NCBI GenBank assembly: GCA_036337225.1
Contig: JAYZEP010000006.1
Span: 161,802-225,801, forward strand
Source: Thermodesulfobacteriota bacterium
Lineage (GTDB): Bacteria; Desulfobacterota_D; UBA1144
Direction: 5' to 3'
Length of the DNA: 64,000 bases
Shown: positions 9,572-23,200 of the stretch, one piece after another
How positions within the stretch are numbered: the first letter of the stretch is position 1
Layout of the letters: each line of letters opens with the position of its first letter
Notes under the pieces: model-generated
Seen by the model: the letters and a program-made list of their open reading frames with translations, nothing else
What the model was told of the DNA's origin: nothing
The model's database searches: none
Made by a program: the position numbers and the translations under genes

Positions 9572-10024
9572 TTATGAGTTAATAAAATCTAACACTTCTT
9601 TTGCGTGTTCCTTAGTGTTAACTTTATTCCATATACAAGCTATTTTCCCCTTCTCGTCAATCAAGAAAGATGTCCTTTTGGCCGAACCTCGCTCATTAAG
9701 AACGCCATACTTGGAAATTATTTCTGCTGTAGGATCTGGGATTAAAGTAAAATTTAAATTATATTTAGACAAAAAATTTCTATGAGATTTTTCTGAATCT
9801 TTACTGATGCCAATTATATCAATCTCAAGCTTGTCGAAATCTTCTTTTGAATCCCTTAAAGAACATGCCTGAAGCGTACAGCCAGGAGTGTTATCCTTTG
9901 GGTAAAAATAAATTAATACCTTCCGTCCAAGGAAATCTTTTAAAGAAATTTTGTCCCCGCTTTCAAATACATAATGAAAGCTCGGGGCTTTTGCCCCAAC
10001 TCTCAAATTACCACTTGGCATCAA
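9572..10024 (-). CDS. bcp: thioredoxin-dependent peroxiredoxin Bcp
   Basis: 150 aa. FYPKDNTPGCTLQAC active-site region typical of Bcp/PrxQ. Confidence 0.9.
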   Translation of the reverse strand: MMPSGNLRVGAKAPSFHYVFESGDKISLKDFLGRKVLIYFYPKDNTPGCTLQACSLRDSKEDFDKLEIDIIGISKDSEKSHRNFLSKYNLNFTLIPDPTAEIISKYGVLNERGSAKRTSFLIDEKGKIACIWNKVNTKEHAKEVLDFINS

Positions 10025-10329
10025 TCGATTCCCATACTCGCCTTTGCTTCATCACTCATTCTTTCTGGAGACCAGGGAGGGTCCCATACTATTTCAATAT
10101 TTGCCTCTTTTACCCCTTCAACATTACTAACTACAGTTTGAGACTCCAGTATAATATCACGCGCAGAAGGGCACCCCGGCGATGTCATAGTCATTTTTAG
10201 ATTAACAACATCTTTCGAAATATCCACATCGTAAACTAAACCCAAATTAACTATATCAATAGGTATCTCTGGATCGTAGACTTGAGACAAAGCCTCTAGG
10301 ACTTTTTCTTTAGTTATATTGTCACCCAT
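10021..10329 (-). CDS. DUF59 / SufT-like Fe-S cluster assembly domain protein
   Basis: 102 aa. YDPEIPIDIVNLGLVY ... MTMTSPGCP pattern of the DUF59 (MIP18) family. ATGA-type overlaps with both neighbours. Confidence 0.85.
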   Translation of the reverse strand: MGDNITKEKVLEALSQVYDPEIPIDIVNLGLVYDVDISKDVVNLKMTMTSPGCPSARDIILESQTVVSNVEGVKEANIEIVWDPPWSPERMSDEAKASMGID

Positions 10330-10847
10330 TACAATAAGTTCTTAATAACATTAAGAGCTGAGTCATAATCTGGCTCAGTTGCGATTTCAGCAACATACTC
10401 AACATGTTTGATGGTATTATCTTTATCTATCACAAAAACAGCTCTACACAATACTTTGTGATCTTTCATAAGAACTCCATAAGCAGATCCAAAAGTATTA
10501 TCTTTATAATCCGAAATGCCTTTTATAATCTCAATACCTTCGGAACCGCAAAAAGTCTTGTGTGCCATAGGCAAATCAACGCTTACAATATAAGCCTCCA
10601 GTTCGCCGTCAATATTAGCCAATTCTTCATTAAATTTTCTTGTTTGATTTTGGCAAACAGGCGTCGCAATAGAAAGTATTACATTAAATACTTTGACTTT
10701 GTCACCCATATCAGACAAAGATACACTCGGAGCAAGTCCTTGATCACAGACAAAGTCGGGAGCCTTATCTCCAACTTTTAATTCCGGTCCCAGCAAAGTA
10801 ATTGGGTTGCCCTTCAGTGTTACAGCCCCATCTCTTTCGTTACTCAT
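10329..10847 (-). CDS. tpx: thiol peroxidase (lipid hydroperoxide peroxidase)
   Basis: 172 aa. Peroxidatic Cys in SIATPVC and resolving Cys in FCGSEG, with Tpx-like length and layout. Confidence 0.9.
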   Translation of the reverse strand: MSNERDGAVTLKGNPITLLGPELKVGDKAPDFVCDQGLAPSVSLSDMGDKVKVFNVILSIATPVCQNQTRKFNEELANIDGELEAYIVSVDLPMAHKTFCGSEGIEIIKGISDYKDNTFGSAYGVLMKDHKVLCRAVFVIDKDNTIKHVEYVAEIATEPDYDSALNVIKNLL

Positions 10848-10893
10848 AACAGTAATCCTCCTACTGGTAAGCTAAACAGATTAGAAAATTGTG

Positions 10894-11952
10894 TCAAGAA
10901 CCAATTGTATTTTGAATTCTCTGGATTGAATCTCGTGCTGTTCTTACATAAATTTTATCTTTGCTAACTAAATACCTCTCTAATATTGGAATGTAGTTAG
11001 CATCTCCAGTATTGCCCATTACAATGAGTATGTTCCTTATCATGCCTTCTTTCTTCACCCTCTTGATAGGGCTTTTGATTTTTAATGTTTCCCAATTCTT
11101 TTCAACATCGGATAATAGCGTAACCAAATCTGGGGTTCTAAATTTCGGTCTCGGGCTAAAAATTTTTAAATTCGTTAGTTTTGCCTTTTTATTCCAGGGG
11201 CAAACCTCTTGGCATATATCACAACCATAAATGTTATTTGCAAATCGTTTAGCTAAATCGTCACTAATATATTTCTTATTTTCAATATTAAGGTACGAAA
11301 TGCACTTGTTTGAATCAATAACTTTATCCATCACTATAGCGTTTGTTGGGCAAGAATCGATACATTTTGTACAGGTGCCACACATATCTTTCACATCACA
11401 ATCATATTGCAAGACTTGATCAATTAATATTTCAGATAAAAAAATCCATGAGCCAATATCTTTGTTAATTAAACAAGAATTTTTGCCAATCCATCCAATA
11501 CCTGAGATCCCTGCATATGCTCTTTCAAGTACTGGTCCAGTATCAACGTAATATCTAATTTGTGGTTTACATTCAAAAAGATCTTCTATTTTATGCGAAA
11601 TAGATTTTAGCATTTTTTTTATTATGTAGTGATAATCATCTCCCATTGCATATCTAGATATCCACCCTAGTTTCTGTTCTTCAGCTTTTGATGAAGAAAC
11701 CTCGTTATTTATAGAATTATAGTTAATTGCACAACTAATTACGGATTTGAAGGAGTCATCAATTTCACGCACATCCGATCTCTTCAAAGCATTTTCCATA
11801 TATTTCATATCACCTTGGTAGCCGTACTCTATCCATTTTTCCAGGTGCGAATAATCTTCGAGCCTTTGAGCTTCTGATATACCAACCAAGTCAAAACCGG
11901 AGGAAAAAATGATATTTTTTATTTTATTTGTTATATATTCAACGTTCAGCAT
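10894..11952 (-). CDS. queG: epoxyqueuosine reductase
   Basis: 352 aa. Two 4Fe-4S motifs (CGTCTKCIDSCP, CDICQEVCPWN) in QueG-type context. Confidence 0.9.
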   Translation of the reverse strand: MLNVEYITNKIKNIIFSSGFDLVGISEAQRLEDYSHLEKWIEYGYQGDMKYMENALKRSDVREIDDSFKSVISCAINYNSINNEVSSSKAEEQKLGWISRYAMGDDYHYIIKKMLKSISHKIEDLFECKPQIRYYVDTGPVLERAYAGISGIGWIGKNSCLINKDIGSWIFLSEILIDQVLQYDCDVKDMCGTCTKCIDSCPTNAIVMDKVIDSNKCISYLNIENKKYISDDLAKRFANNIYGCDICQEVCPWNKKAKLTNLKIFSPRPKFRTPDLVTLLSDVEKNWETLKIKSPIKRVKKEGMIRNILIVMGNTGDANYIPILERYLVSKDKIYVRTARDSIQRIQNTIGS

Positions 11953-12457
11953 GTCTATAAATTTTCAATATTTTTTTCACTACATCCTTAGGCAAAAGAT
12001 TGTCTGTATCCACTTGAAGGTAGAAAGATTCATAAATGGCTTTTCTTGATTCAAACAATTCCAAGCCAGTCGAATAAGGGTCCTGGGTGTTGAGCAAAGG
12101 TCGCGACTTATCATTTTTGATTCGATTAAAAATCGTTTCATATTCCGCCTTCAAATAAATAGAAAAATTGTCATTTAGGATATTTATATTCGCATCTCTT
12201 AAAATGATGCCGCCTCCCGTTGAAACAACTAGATTGTCTTTTGATTCTAATTCTTTTAATTTGACAGATTCCAAATCTCTAAAATGGTTTTCCCCTTTTG
12301 AACTAAAGATCTTAGTTATAGGCATTTGCTCATCATTAACTATTAGTTCGTCAATATCCACTAGTTGGTAGCCAGTTTCTTTCGATAGAATTCTACCAAT
12401 AGTGGTCTTTCCTGCTCCCATAAAACCGACAAGGAAAATACTATTAGATTTCATCAA
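11939..12457 (-). CDS. aroK: shikimate kinase
   Basis: 172 aa. Walker A FLVGFMGAGKTTIG and a DxD (LVDIDE) shikimate-binding region. Confidence 0.9.
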   Translation of the reverse strand: MMKSNSIFLVGFMGAGKTTIGRILSKETGYQLVDIDELIVNDEQMPITKIFSSKGENHFRDLESVKLKELESKDNLVVSTGGGIILRDANINILNDNFSIYLKAEYETIFNRIKNDKSRPLLNTQDPYSTGLELFESRKAIYESFYLQVDTDNLLPKDVVKKILKIYRHAER

Positions 12458-13044
12458 GTGATTAGACTCTCAATATATTTTGCTATAATATCGAATTCAA
12501 TATTAACTAAGTCATTTTTTTTCCAATTCGTAGAATTAGTCTTGGATGATGTATGAGGGATGATATTGACCGAGAACAAGTCTCCTTTTATATCATTAAC
12601 AGTTAAGCTTATACCGTCAATCGCGATTGATCCTTTTTCAATAATATATTTCCTAAAATTTTTTTTCACATAGAACCAATAACGTATAGATTTTCCTGAT
12701 TTCTCTATTTTTCTTATAGTTCCTGTTGAATCTATATGTCCACTTACGATATGTCCACCAAATCTAGAACTAGCCTCCATTGCTCTTTCAAGGTTAACAA
12801 AAGATTTTGTTTTTTCTTGTTTTAAATTTGTTTTCTGCAATGTTTCTCGTGAAGCTAAAGTTTGAAATGATGATTTATTTTTCTTTGTTACGGTAAGACA
12901 TGCTCCATTTACGGCTACTGAGTCACCTATTGAAAGATTTGAAGGACTTATTTTCTTACATTTGATCGATAGTACATATTCTCCGCTCTTAAGTTTCTTA
13001 ATGCTTGAAATTCTTCCAACTTCCTCAACTATTCCTGTGAACAA
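12454..13044 (-). CDS. ribE: riboflavin synthase alpha chain
   Basis: 196 aa. MFTGIVEEVG N-terminus and an internal duplication with a GACLTV / GISLTV pair. Confidence 0.92.
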   Translation of the reverse strand: MFTGIVEEVGRISSIKKLKSGEYVLSIKCKKISPSNLSIGDSVAVNGACLTVTKKNKSSFQTLASRETLQKTNLKQEKTKSFVNLERAMEASSRFGGHIVSGHIDSTGTIRKIEKSGKSIRYWFYVKKNFRKYIIEKGSIAIDGISLTVNDIKGDLFSVNIIPHTSSKTNSTNWKKNDLVNIEFDIIAKYIESLIT

Positions 13045-13534
13045 TGTTTCTATCCTTATAAATTTTTAATATATACATAATGATACCCAGAGAAATCATA
13101 GTGTCCGCAAAATTAAACGCAGGCCAATGAAGATTTTCATAATGAATATCGATAAAATCAACTACGTAACCCCTAAAAATTCTATCGATAGTGTTCCCAA
13201 TTGTGCCAGAATAAAAGAAAACCAAAATATAAAAACCCATTTCATTATTCCTCATAGCTGGATCTAGGAATACGAATTTAGTTATGATAAGCATCGCCAG
13301 AACAAATAGTACAAAATAGATAAAAAACATAATTGAAGGATCTACAGAAGAGAAGAGACCAAGAATTAAACCAGAATTTTTTACATAAACAATATTTAAA
13401 TATTCATTTACTTTGGCAGAGTCCCAATGGAGAGACACTAAAAATTTAGAAAATTGATCTATAAGAACAAAAAATACAACGAAACTGAATAATTTAGGTA
13501 ACTTAGGGTGGTTAGTTCCGAAAATAAAATTCAT
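13025..13534 (-). CDS. lspA: lipoprotein signal peptidase II
   Basis: 169 aa with 4 TM helices. GNTIDRIFRGYVVDFID and FNFADTMISLG motifs. Confidence 0.9.
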   Translation of the reverse strand: MNFIFGTNHPKLPKLFSFVVFFVLIDQFSKFLVSLHWDSAKVNEYLNIVYVKNSGLILGLFSSVDPSIMFFIYFVLFVLAMLIITKFVFLDPAMRNNEMGFYILVFFYSGTIGNTIDRIFRGYVVDFIDIHYENLHWPAFNFADTMISLGIIMYILKIYKDRNIVHRNS

Positions 13535-13548
13535 GATTCTATTGCAAA

Positions 13549-14019
13549 TTAAAAGATTTTATTCACAACGTACTCTTTAGGTCCTGCCGGAGTTCGAACA
13601 GTAAACTCATCCCCTTCTTCTCTACCTAGAACAGCCATACCGAGTGGAGATTCAATGGACACTGAGCCATTATCAGGGTTGGATTCCTCTGGCCCTAGAA
13701 GCTGAAAAATTTTTTTATCTCCAGAATCTAAATCTTCTATTTCGAATGAAAGCCCAAAAGTTAATTTCGATTTATCCTGGACTTTTGATGGGTCAATTAC
13801 CATGCAAGATGAGAGCTTGGTTTCGAGTTCGGATATTCTTTTATCATTGAAGGCTTGTCGGTCTTTAGCCGTCTCATATTCAGCATTTTCTGATAAATCC
13901 CCTAGAGATCTTGCAAACTCAATCATCTTGATTATTCTAGGGCGCTCTTCAGTCTTGAGTCTTCTAAGCTCAGATTGTAACAATTCAAAACCTTGAGGTG
14001 AAATTGGCAATTGTTCCAT
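13549..14019 (-). CDS. greA: transcription elongation factor GreA
   Basis: 156 aa. GDLSENAEYETAKDRQ coiled-coil tip motif. Confidence 0.95.
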   Translation of the reverse strand: MEQLPISPQGFELLQSELRRLKTEERPRIIKMIEFARSLGDLSENAEYETAKDRQAFNDKRISELETKLSSCMVIDPSKVQDKSKLTFGLSFEIEDLDSGDKKIFQLLGPEESNPDNGSVSIESPLGMAVLGREEGDEFTVRTPAGPKEYVVNKIF

Positions 14020-14034
14020 GATTAATTATACCTT

Positions 14035-17000
14035 CTAAAAATATTCTTGAAGTGGTTTAACGTTAATCTCGCCTTTTTGCAAATAGGCAATAGCGTCAAC
14101 AGCAGCAAAAGATCCCGCTATAGTTGTAAAATAAGGAACTTGTCTTGTAAGTGCTGTTCTGCGTATTGAAAACGACTCTAGAATTTCCTTCTTTGTGAGT
14201 GTTGTATTCATAAGGATATCGATTTTGTTTTCTTTGATTAAGTCAACAATATTAGGGTGGCCTTCTTTTACTTTGTTAATAATTTGGGAATCTATAGAGT
14301 GGTTGCTTAGAAACTTATGAGTTCCTTGGGTGGATATAATATTAAATCCCAAAGAAATTAGCTGTTTACAAAGTTTGATTATTTTTGGTTTGTCATCATC
14401 TTTAACGCTCACGAAAGCATTACCTTCAACTGGCAAGTTGTTTCCTGCTGCAATTTGTGCCTTTGCAAAGGCAGCGGGAAGTGTGTTGTCAATCCCCATT
14501 ACTTCTCCGGTAGATTTCATTTCCGGACCTAGCAAAGTATCGACATCGGGGAATTTAATAAAGGGGAACACGGATTCTTTAACCGCATAGTGGCCAACAA
14601 CAACTTCTTCAGTAAAATTTAGCTCGGTTAGCTTTTTACCTGTCATAACTTTTGAAGCAATTTTTGCAATAGGGACACCTATGGCCTTACTGATAAAAGG
14701 CACGGTTCTACTGGCCCTTGGATTAACCTCAATTATAAACACTTCATGATCCTTTATCGCATATTGAATATTTAAAAGACCTCTAACCTTCAATCTGATT
14801 GCTATTAATTTAGATTTCTTAACAATTTGATCTAAAATTTTCTTATCTAATGAATACGGAGGTAGCACCATCGTACTATCTCCAGAGTGAACACCGGCTT
14901 CTTCTATATGCTCGAGGATTCCACAAATAACAACATTTTCTCCATCACAGATTGCATCAACATCAACCTCTTTCGCATCGTTCAAAAAGCGATCCATTAA
15001 CACGGGCCTTTTGTTTGAAACACTCACTGCTTCATCAAGGTATTGCTTCAAATCATCTTTTGAATAAACAATTTCCATTGCCCTTCCTCCTAAAACATAC
15101 GAAGGTCTAACTATCATCGGGTATCCCACTTCAGAAGATAACTTGAGAGCTTCCTCCGAAGACTTGGCAAGTCTAGATTCTGGCTGAAGAATATCTAATT
15201 CTTCCATTAAATTTTTAAATCTCTCTCTATCTTCAGCAAGATCAATACTATCCGCAGAAGTACCAATAATATTTGCACCTGCTTTCTCAAGGTCTAGCGC
15301 GAGCTTTAAAGGAGTTTGGCCACCTAGGTGAACAATGACTCCATCTGGCTTCTCCTTGTTAATTATAGATATAGTATCTTCCGCCGTTAGTGGTTCGAAA
15401 TATAATTTATCAGAGGTGTCGTAATCTGTACTGACAGTTTCGGGATTGCAATTAATCATTAAAGTTTGGTACCCATCATCTTTTAAAGAGAAAGATGCAT
15501 GCACACAACAATAATCAAACTCAATTCCCTGACCAATTCTATTTGGCCCGCCACCCAGGATTGCAATTTTCTTCTGATTAGTTGGATTAGACTCATCTTC
15601 GGACTGATAAGTTGAATACAAATATGGGGTAAAAGCTTCGAATTCGGCAGCACAAGTATCAACCATTTTATAGGATGGAGATATATTATGAGCAAGTCGA
15701 AAATCTCGGACTTCCTCTTCGTTTTTGCCAACTAAATATGAAATAATAGCATCGGAAAAACCATTTCGTTTGGCAATCGATATGAGCTCTTCATCAAGAG
15801 TCGAGCCACAGATACTTTTAATTTTTAATTCTAGTTCAATCATCTCCCTTATATTATTTAAAAACCACTCATCTATATTGGTAATTTTATATATCTCTTC
15901 TGTTGTCATACCTACTCTAAAAGCATTTGCTAGATACCAAAGTTTTTTTGGATTATTAGATGCTAGTACATCAAGAATTTTATTTTTATCATTTTCAATC
16001 AAATCAAAACCAAGATTGTCGGTTTCGAGAGATCTCATCGCTTTCCCAAGAGCCTCTTTAAATGTGCTTCCGATAGACATAATTTCACCAACTGACTTCA
16101 TTTGGGTTCCTAACTCTGGTTTAGTCTGAGGAAATTTCTCAAAAGTAAATCTTGGTATTTTAACCACTACATAATCTAAAGTAGGCTCAAAAGATGCTGG
16201 GGTATCCAAAGTTATGTCGTTAGGTAATTCATCTAGTGTATATCCGACGGCCAATTTAGCTGCAATTTTTGCTATCGGATAACCTGTGGCTTTCGATGCA
16301 AGAGCTGAACTTCGTGACACTCTCGGGTTCATTTCAATCACTACCACTTCGCCGTCCTCGGGATTAACTCCAAACTGTATGTTTGAACCACCCGTATCAA
16401 CACCTATTTCCCTAATAATATCAATAGAGTAATTCCTCAATAATTGGTACTGTTTATCACTTAATGTCTGTGCTGGTGCAACAGTAATACTATCGCCTGT
16501 ATGAATTCCCATTGGATCAAAATTTTCAATCGAACAGATTATAATAACGTTGTCTTTAGAGTCTCGAACAACCTCTAACTCAAATTCTTTCCAGCCAATA
16601 ATTGACTCATCAATTTGAACTTCTGATATAGGACTAGCGTTTAATGCATTTCTAAGAAGGGCTTCGGATTCTTTTATGGAATAAGCTACGCTTGCTCCAG
16701 TTCCACCTAAAGTAAAAGAAGGCCTAATAATTGCAGGAAAGCCTATTTTTTTAATTAACTTAAGCCCATCTTGAAGATTATTAATGACAACACTATTTGG
16801 TATTCGTAGCCCTATAGACTGCATTGCTTCTTTAAACCGTTCTCTATTTTCTGCCTTGTCAATGGCGCCAATTTTAGCACCTATCAGCTCAACACCATAC
16901 TTCTCTAAAATTCCCTTGGAATCCAGATCCATAGCTAAATTTAGAGCAGTTTGTCCCCCAATTGTTGGAAGAATTGCATCAGGTCGTTCACTCTCTATTA

Positions 17001-17229
17001 TTTTCTCCAAGGTGGAAACATTTAGCGGCTCAACATACGTCCTGTCAGCAAAGTCTGGATCGGTCATTATTGTTGCAGGATTGCTATTTACAAGAATGAC
17101 TTTGTATCCCTCTTCTTTTAAGGCTTTACATGCCTGAGTCCCTGAATAATCAAATTCGCACGCTTGACCAATTACTATCGGTCCGGAACCTATAATTAGG
17201 ATAGAGTTGATGTCTGTTCTTTTTGGCAT
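14035..17229 (-). CDS. carB: carbamoyl-phosphate synthase large subunit
   Basis: 1064 aa. Duplicated ATP-grasp halves ([11 protein letters not shown] / [10 protein letters not shown]) and a C-terminal MGS-like domain. Confidence 0.97.
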   Translation of the reverse strand: MPKRTDINSILIIGSGPIVIGQACEFDYSGTQACKALKEEGYKVILVNSNPATIMTDPDFADRTYVEPLNVSTLEKIIESERPDAILPTIGGQTALNLAMDLDSKGILEKYGVELIGAKIGAIDKAENRERFKEAMQSIGLRIPNSVVINNLQDGLKLIKKIGFPAIIRPSFTLGGTGASVAYSIKESEALLRNALNASPISEVQIDESIIGWKEFELEVVRDSKDNVIIICSIENFDPMGIHTGDSITVAPAQTLSDKQYQLLRNYSIDIIREIGVDTGGSNIQFGVNPEDGEVVVIEMNPRVSRSSALASKATGYPIAKIAAKLAVGYTLDELPNDITLDTPASFEPTLDYVVVKIPRFTFEKFPQTKPELGTQMKSVGEIMSIGSTFKEALGKAMRSLETDNLGFDLIENDKNKILDVLASNNPKKLWYLANAFRVGMTTEEIYKITNIDEWFLNNIREMIELELKIKSICGSTLDEELISIAKRNGFSDAIISYLVGKNEEEVRDFRLAHNISPSYKMVDTCAAEFEAFTPYLYSTYQSEDESNPTNQKKIAILGGGPNRIGQGIEFDYCCVHASFSLKDDGYQTLMINCNPETVSTDYDTSDKLYFEPLTAEDTISIINKEKPDGVIVHLGGQTPLKLALDLEKAGANIIGTSADSIDLAEDRERFKNLMEELDILQPESRLAKSSEEALKLSSEVGYPMIVRPSYVLGGRAMEIVYSKDDLKQYLDEAVSVSNKRPVLMDRFLNDAKEVDVDAICDGENVVICGILEHIEEAGVHSGDSTMVLPPYSLDKKILDQIVKKSKLIAIRLKVRGLLNIQYAIKDHEVFIIEVNPRASRTVPFISKAIGVPIAKIASKVMTGKKLTELNFTEEVVVGHYAVKESVFPFIKFPDVDTLLGPEMKSTGEVMGIDNTLPAAFAKAQIAAGNNLPVEGNAFVSVKDDDKPKIIKLCKQLISLGFNIISTQGTHKFLSNHSIDSQIINKVKEGHPNIVDLIKENKIDILMNTTLTKKEILESFSIRRTALTRQVPYFTTIAGSFAAVDAIAYLQKGEINVKPLQEYF

Positions 17230-17246
17230 AATTTTTAAAAATGAAG

Positions 17247-19184
<1,938 letters not shown>

Positions 19185-19227
19185 TTAAGAGATTTTGAAA
19201 ATAATTATCTATAATGTTAAAAAGTCT

Positions 19228-20229
19228 ATGAAATATTTTATGGGAATTGAAACATCTTGTGATGAGACTAGCGTTGCGATATTGGATAGCGCCAACAATG
19301 TCCTATCCAACGTAACTTTCAGCCAGGTAGATATTCATAAAGAGTTCGGCGGGGTTGTACCAGAGATAGCATCAAAAAATCATTTAGAAAAAATTATTCC
19401 CGTAACAAATCAATCGCTGGATATTGCCAATAAAACAATTCGGGATATAGATACAATTTGCGTGACAAACGGTCCAGGGCTTCAAAGCTGTCTTATGATT
19501 GGAGTCGCAACGGCAAAGACATTAAGTTTGGTCAGTACGGCGAAAGTACTACCAGTTGATCATTTAGAAGGTCATGTCGCATCTTGTTTCATAGAAAATA
19601 AAATTGAATTTCCAGCTATCAGTCTAGTAGTTTCTGGAGGACATACGAACATCTATCACCTTAAGGACCAAAATAATTTTAATCTAATCTCTTCGACCTT
19701 GGACGATGCGGCAGGGGAAGCTTTTGATAAAGGCGCTAAACTCTTAGGGTTAGGCTATCCTGGTGGGATTGAAATTGACAGGATATCAAAATTGGGAGAT
19801 AGGCATTTTCACTCTTTTCCCATTGCTAAACTTGGAGATTCCTTAGATTTTAGCTTTAGTGGTCTAAAAACTTCTTTGAAGCACTACCTAGATAAAAATG
19901 TCAATTGGGAAGTAAATATGAATAATATCGCATCATCTTATCAAGAAGCTATCGTACAATCTCTTGTTAATAATATTGCCAAGGCAGTTACAGAATTTGA
20001 CACCAAGACCATTCTTGTTTGTGGCGGAGTTGCGTGCAACTCAAGACTTAGAAAGGTTGTACAAGAGAATTTATCTAAATACAAAATTGTGTTCCCGTCG
20101 AATGAGTATTGTACAGATAACGGGGCGATGATTGCAATGAGGGGTATTCAGAAAATCATTGCCAATAAAGCAGAATTCTCTCTTGATTTTCCAGTCTTTA
20201 GTACAACAAGGAGAAAAAAGAAGAATTAA
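19228..20229 (+). CDS. tsaD: tRNA N6-adenosine threonylcarbamoyltransferase
   Basis: GIETSCDETSVAIL N-terminus, Kae1/TsaD family. I moved the start from the track's 19195 to the ATG at 19228 (MKYFMGIETSCDE); the ATG at 19240 is also possible. Confidence 0.92.
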   Translation: MKYFMGIETSCDETSVAILDSANNVLSNVTFSQVDIHKEFGGVVPEIASKNHLEKIIPVTNQSLDIANKTIRDIDTICVTNGPGLQSCLMIGVATAKTLSLVSTAKVLPVDHLEGHVASCFIENKIEFPAISLVVSGGHTNIYHLKDQNNFNLISSTLDDAAGEAFDKGAKLLGLGYPGGIEIDRISKLGDRHFHSFPIAKLGDSLDFSFSGLKTSLKHYLDKNVNWEVNMNNIASSYQEAIVQSLVNNIAKAVTEFDTKTILVCGGVACNSRLRKVVQENLSKYKIVFPSNEYCTDNGAMIAMRGIQKIIANKAEFSLDFPVFSTTRRKKKN

Positions 20230-23200
20230 TTTAACTTAGGGTTAATAAAATCAAAATCGTCTATGCTAATACCTTTTGATTCAAGTAAATTGAAAATTTC
20301 TCTCGGGACAATTTTGATAAACTTGGATTTAAAATCTTCAAAATTATCGAGAATTCTTCCAGCTTTTTTACTTCTTGTTAAACTATAATGTTTACTCAAA
20401 GAATTTTCTATTTTTTTAATATCTTTAGAATTAACTTTTTCAATGAAGACCATATCTTGATTAATTTGATGGTCTATCTTTTCATTTTCAACCAGAATAT
20501 ACGCCAAACCTCCTGACATACCAGCACCTAAATTTTTTCCTACTGGTCCAAAAATGTAAACTTCTCCACCAGTCATGTATTCACAAGCGTGATCTCCCAC
20601 TCCTTCGACCACAGCAACAGCTCCGCTATTCCTAACACAGAACCTTTCTCCTGCGTAGCCTGCGGCATAGAAGCGACCCCCTGTGGCTCCATACAAAACT
20701 GTATTTCCAACTATAGAATTACCTTCCGTCAAATAGTTAGATTCTCTGTAGGGATATATAACGATTTCTCCCCCATGCATTGATTTTCCCACATAGTCAT
20801 TAGCCTCCCCCTCAAGAGACACCGACACTCCATTAATTAAATACCCTCCGAAGCTTTGCCCGGCTACACCTTTAAAATTAACCTTTATAGTTTCTGCTGG
20901 TAGCCCTCTATTGCCATATTTTTTGGCTATAGCTCCAGATAAAATAGCACCTACAGTTCTATCGGTATTTCGAATAGGTAAGTCGATAGATTTCTTTTCT
21001 AACTTATCAATACTCGATTCACAAACATCAATTATCTTGTAATCAATTGGCTCTTCGTCTCTATCATTTCTACTCAAAATTCTTTTTCTTGGTTTAGTGT
21101 TTGATGGATCCGGGTCTGCTATAAGTTTCGACAAATCTATATTATCCGTTTTTTGGAAATCTATATTAGACTTAATTTTTATCAATTCGGTCCTACCAAT
21201 AATCTCATCAATTGACCGCACCCCAATCTTAGACAAAATTTCTCTTACGTCATTAGCTACAGCATAAAGAAAGTTGACAGCTTCATCGGGGACACCAGGA
21301 AATTTTTCTCTCAATTCAGGTTTTTGAGATGCGATGCCAACAGGGCATGTGTTTAGATGGCACTGTCTGGCCATTACACAACCCAAAGCTACAAGGACTG
21401 ATGTTCCAAAGCCGTATTCATCTGCTCCTAATATTGCTGCAACAACAATATCGAAACCTCTCTGAAATCCTCCATCCACACTAAGTCCTACTCGTCCTCT
21501 CAAGTCATTCATAACTAAAACCTGCTGTGTTTCTGCTAAACCCATCTCCCAAGGGATACCCGCATGTTTAATTGATCCCAATGGCGAGGCCCCCGTTCCT
21601 CCTTCGCTTCCACTTATTTGTACATAATCCGCATATCCTTTTGCAACACCCGCAGCTACCGTTCCTACACCAACTTCCGAAACTAGCTTAACGCTTACTC
21701 GAGCACTTGTGTTGGCATGTTTTAGATCATAAATAAGCTGTGCCAAATCTTCTATGCTGTATATATCATGATGTGGAGGTGGTGAGATTAAGCCTACTCC
21801 CGGAATGGAAAATCTTTGTGCTGCTATCTCCTCGCTAACTTTTGGTCCGGGGATTTGACCCCCCTCGCCTGGCTTTGCTCCTTGCGCCATTTTTATTTCA
21901 ATTACTTCCGCCGAAGCCAAATACTCTGGGGTCACACCAAACCTTCCAGAAGCAACTTGTTTGATAGCGCTGTTTCTCCAGCTTCCATCTTCGTCTCTTG
22001 TAAATCTATTTGAATTTTCTCCACCTTCTCCACTATTACTTTTTCCACCAATCTTATTGGCCGCAATTGCAACTGCTTCATGGGCTTCAGTGCTTAATGC
22101 TCCATGAGACATAGCTCCCGTTCGAAATCTTTTTAGTATGTCCTCAACTTTTTCTACTTCATCAATGGGCACCTCTCCCAATGATTCAAATTCAAATAAG
22201 TCCCTAATCATTGACGGGGACCTGTTCTCATGTAGAGATACAAAGTTTTTATAATCATCATAAGATGAAGTTTGTGATACCTTTCTTATGGCTTTAAATA
22301 TCAAAGGATTGAATAAGTGATACTCTCCATCTTTCCTGAAACGATATATACCTTCTTCCTTAAGTCGTTCCTCGGTTTTTGTTTCAAATGCATTAGAATG
22401 GAAAATCAACGTATCAGTTTCGAAATTGCTTATTGAAACTCCCCCGATTCGACTAACAGTTCCCGGGAAATATGTATTTGTTGTTTCTGTGTCAATCCCT
22501 ACTATTTCAAAAATCTGTGATCCAGTATAGCTTGCTACAGTGCTAATGCCCATTTTAGACATAACCTTCAACACCCCTCGTTCGAGAGCTAGTTTATAAC
22601 TCGATAAAGAATCCCCTGTGTCTTCACCAAATTTTTTCATCCAATCTTCCACGCTTGCAAAAGCAAGATAAGGGTTTACACACGATGCTCCATAACCTAG
22701 CAAGCAACAAACCTGATGGTCCTCTCTAACTTCCCCAGATTCAACAACAATAGAAACTTTCATTCTCTTGCCTTGAGAAATTAATTCATGATGGATTGCA
22801 CTAACCGCAAGCATAATAGGAATTGGAGCTTTGGTTTTGGATATTTTTTTATCAGATAGGAGAAGAACCTTTGACCCTTTATCCACTTCTTTGATGGATT
22901 TCTTTACAATCTTTTCTAGTGAAGATTTTAAATCATTTTTTTTGGATACAGAGAATAAAGTATCTATAATAGAAGTTCTAAATTTCTTTGATTTAAGAGT
23001 TCTAATCCAATTTGCTTCTTTGTCCGTAATTATTGGAGAATCAAAATAGAAAAATTCTTCTTTGGAATTAATAGAATCAAAAAAGTTGGTTTTGTTTCCC
23101 ATAAGAACCCTTAAAGACATTACGCTTTCTTCTCGATACGGATCTATTGGAGGATTTGTAACCTGTGCAAATCTTTGTTTAAAATAAGAAAATACTGACT

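Noticed and set aside
19195-19227. Track start of tsaD at 19195 (MKIIIYNVKKS extension). Similar over-extended starts occur for htrA (38546-38593), phhB (27952-27981) and thiD (25419-25424).
   Set aside because: Family N-termini (GIETSCDET, a signal peptide starting MKKIQ.., MARKLKK.., MKNNIP..) begin at downstream ATGs. The extensions add non-conserved residues and eat into already tiny divergent promoter regions.
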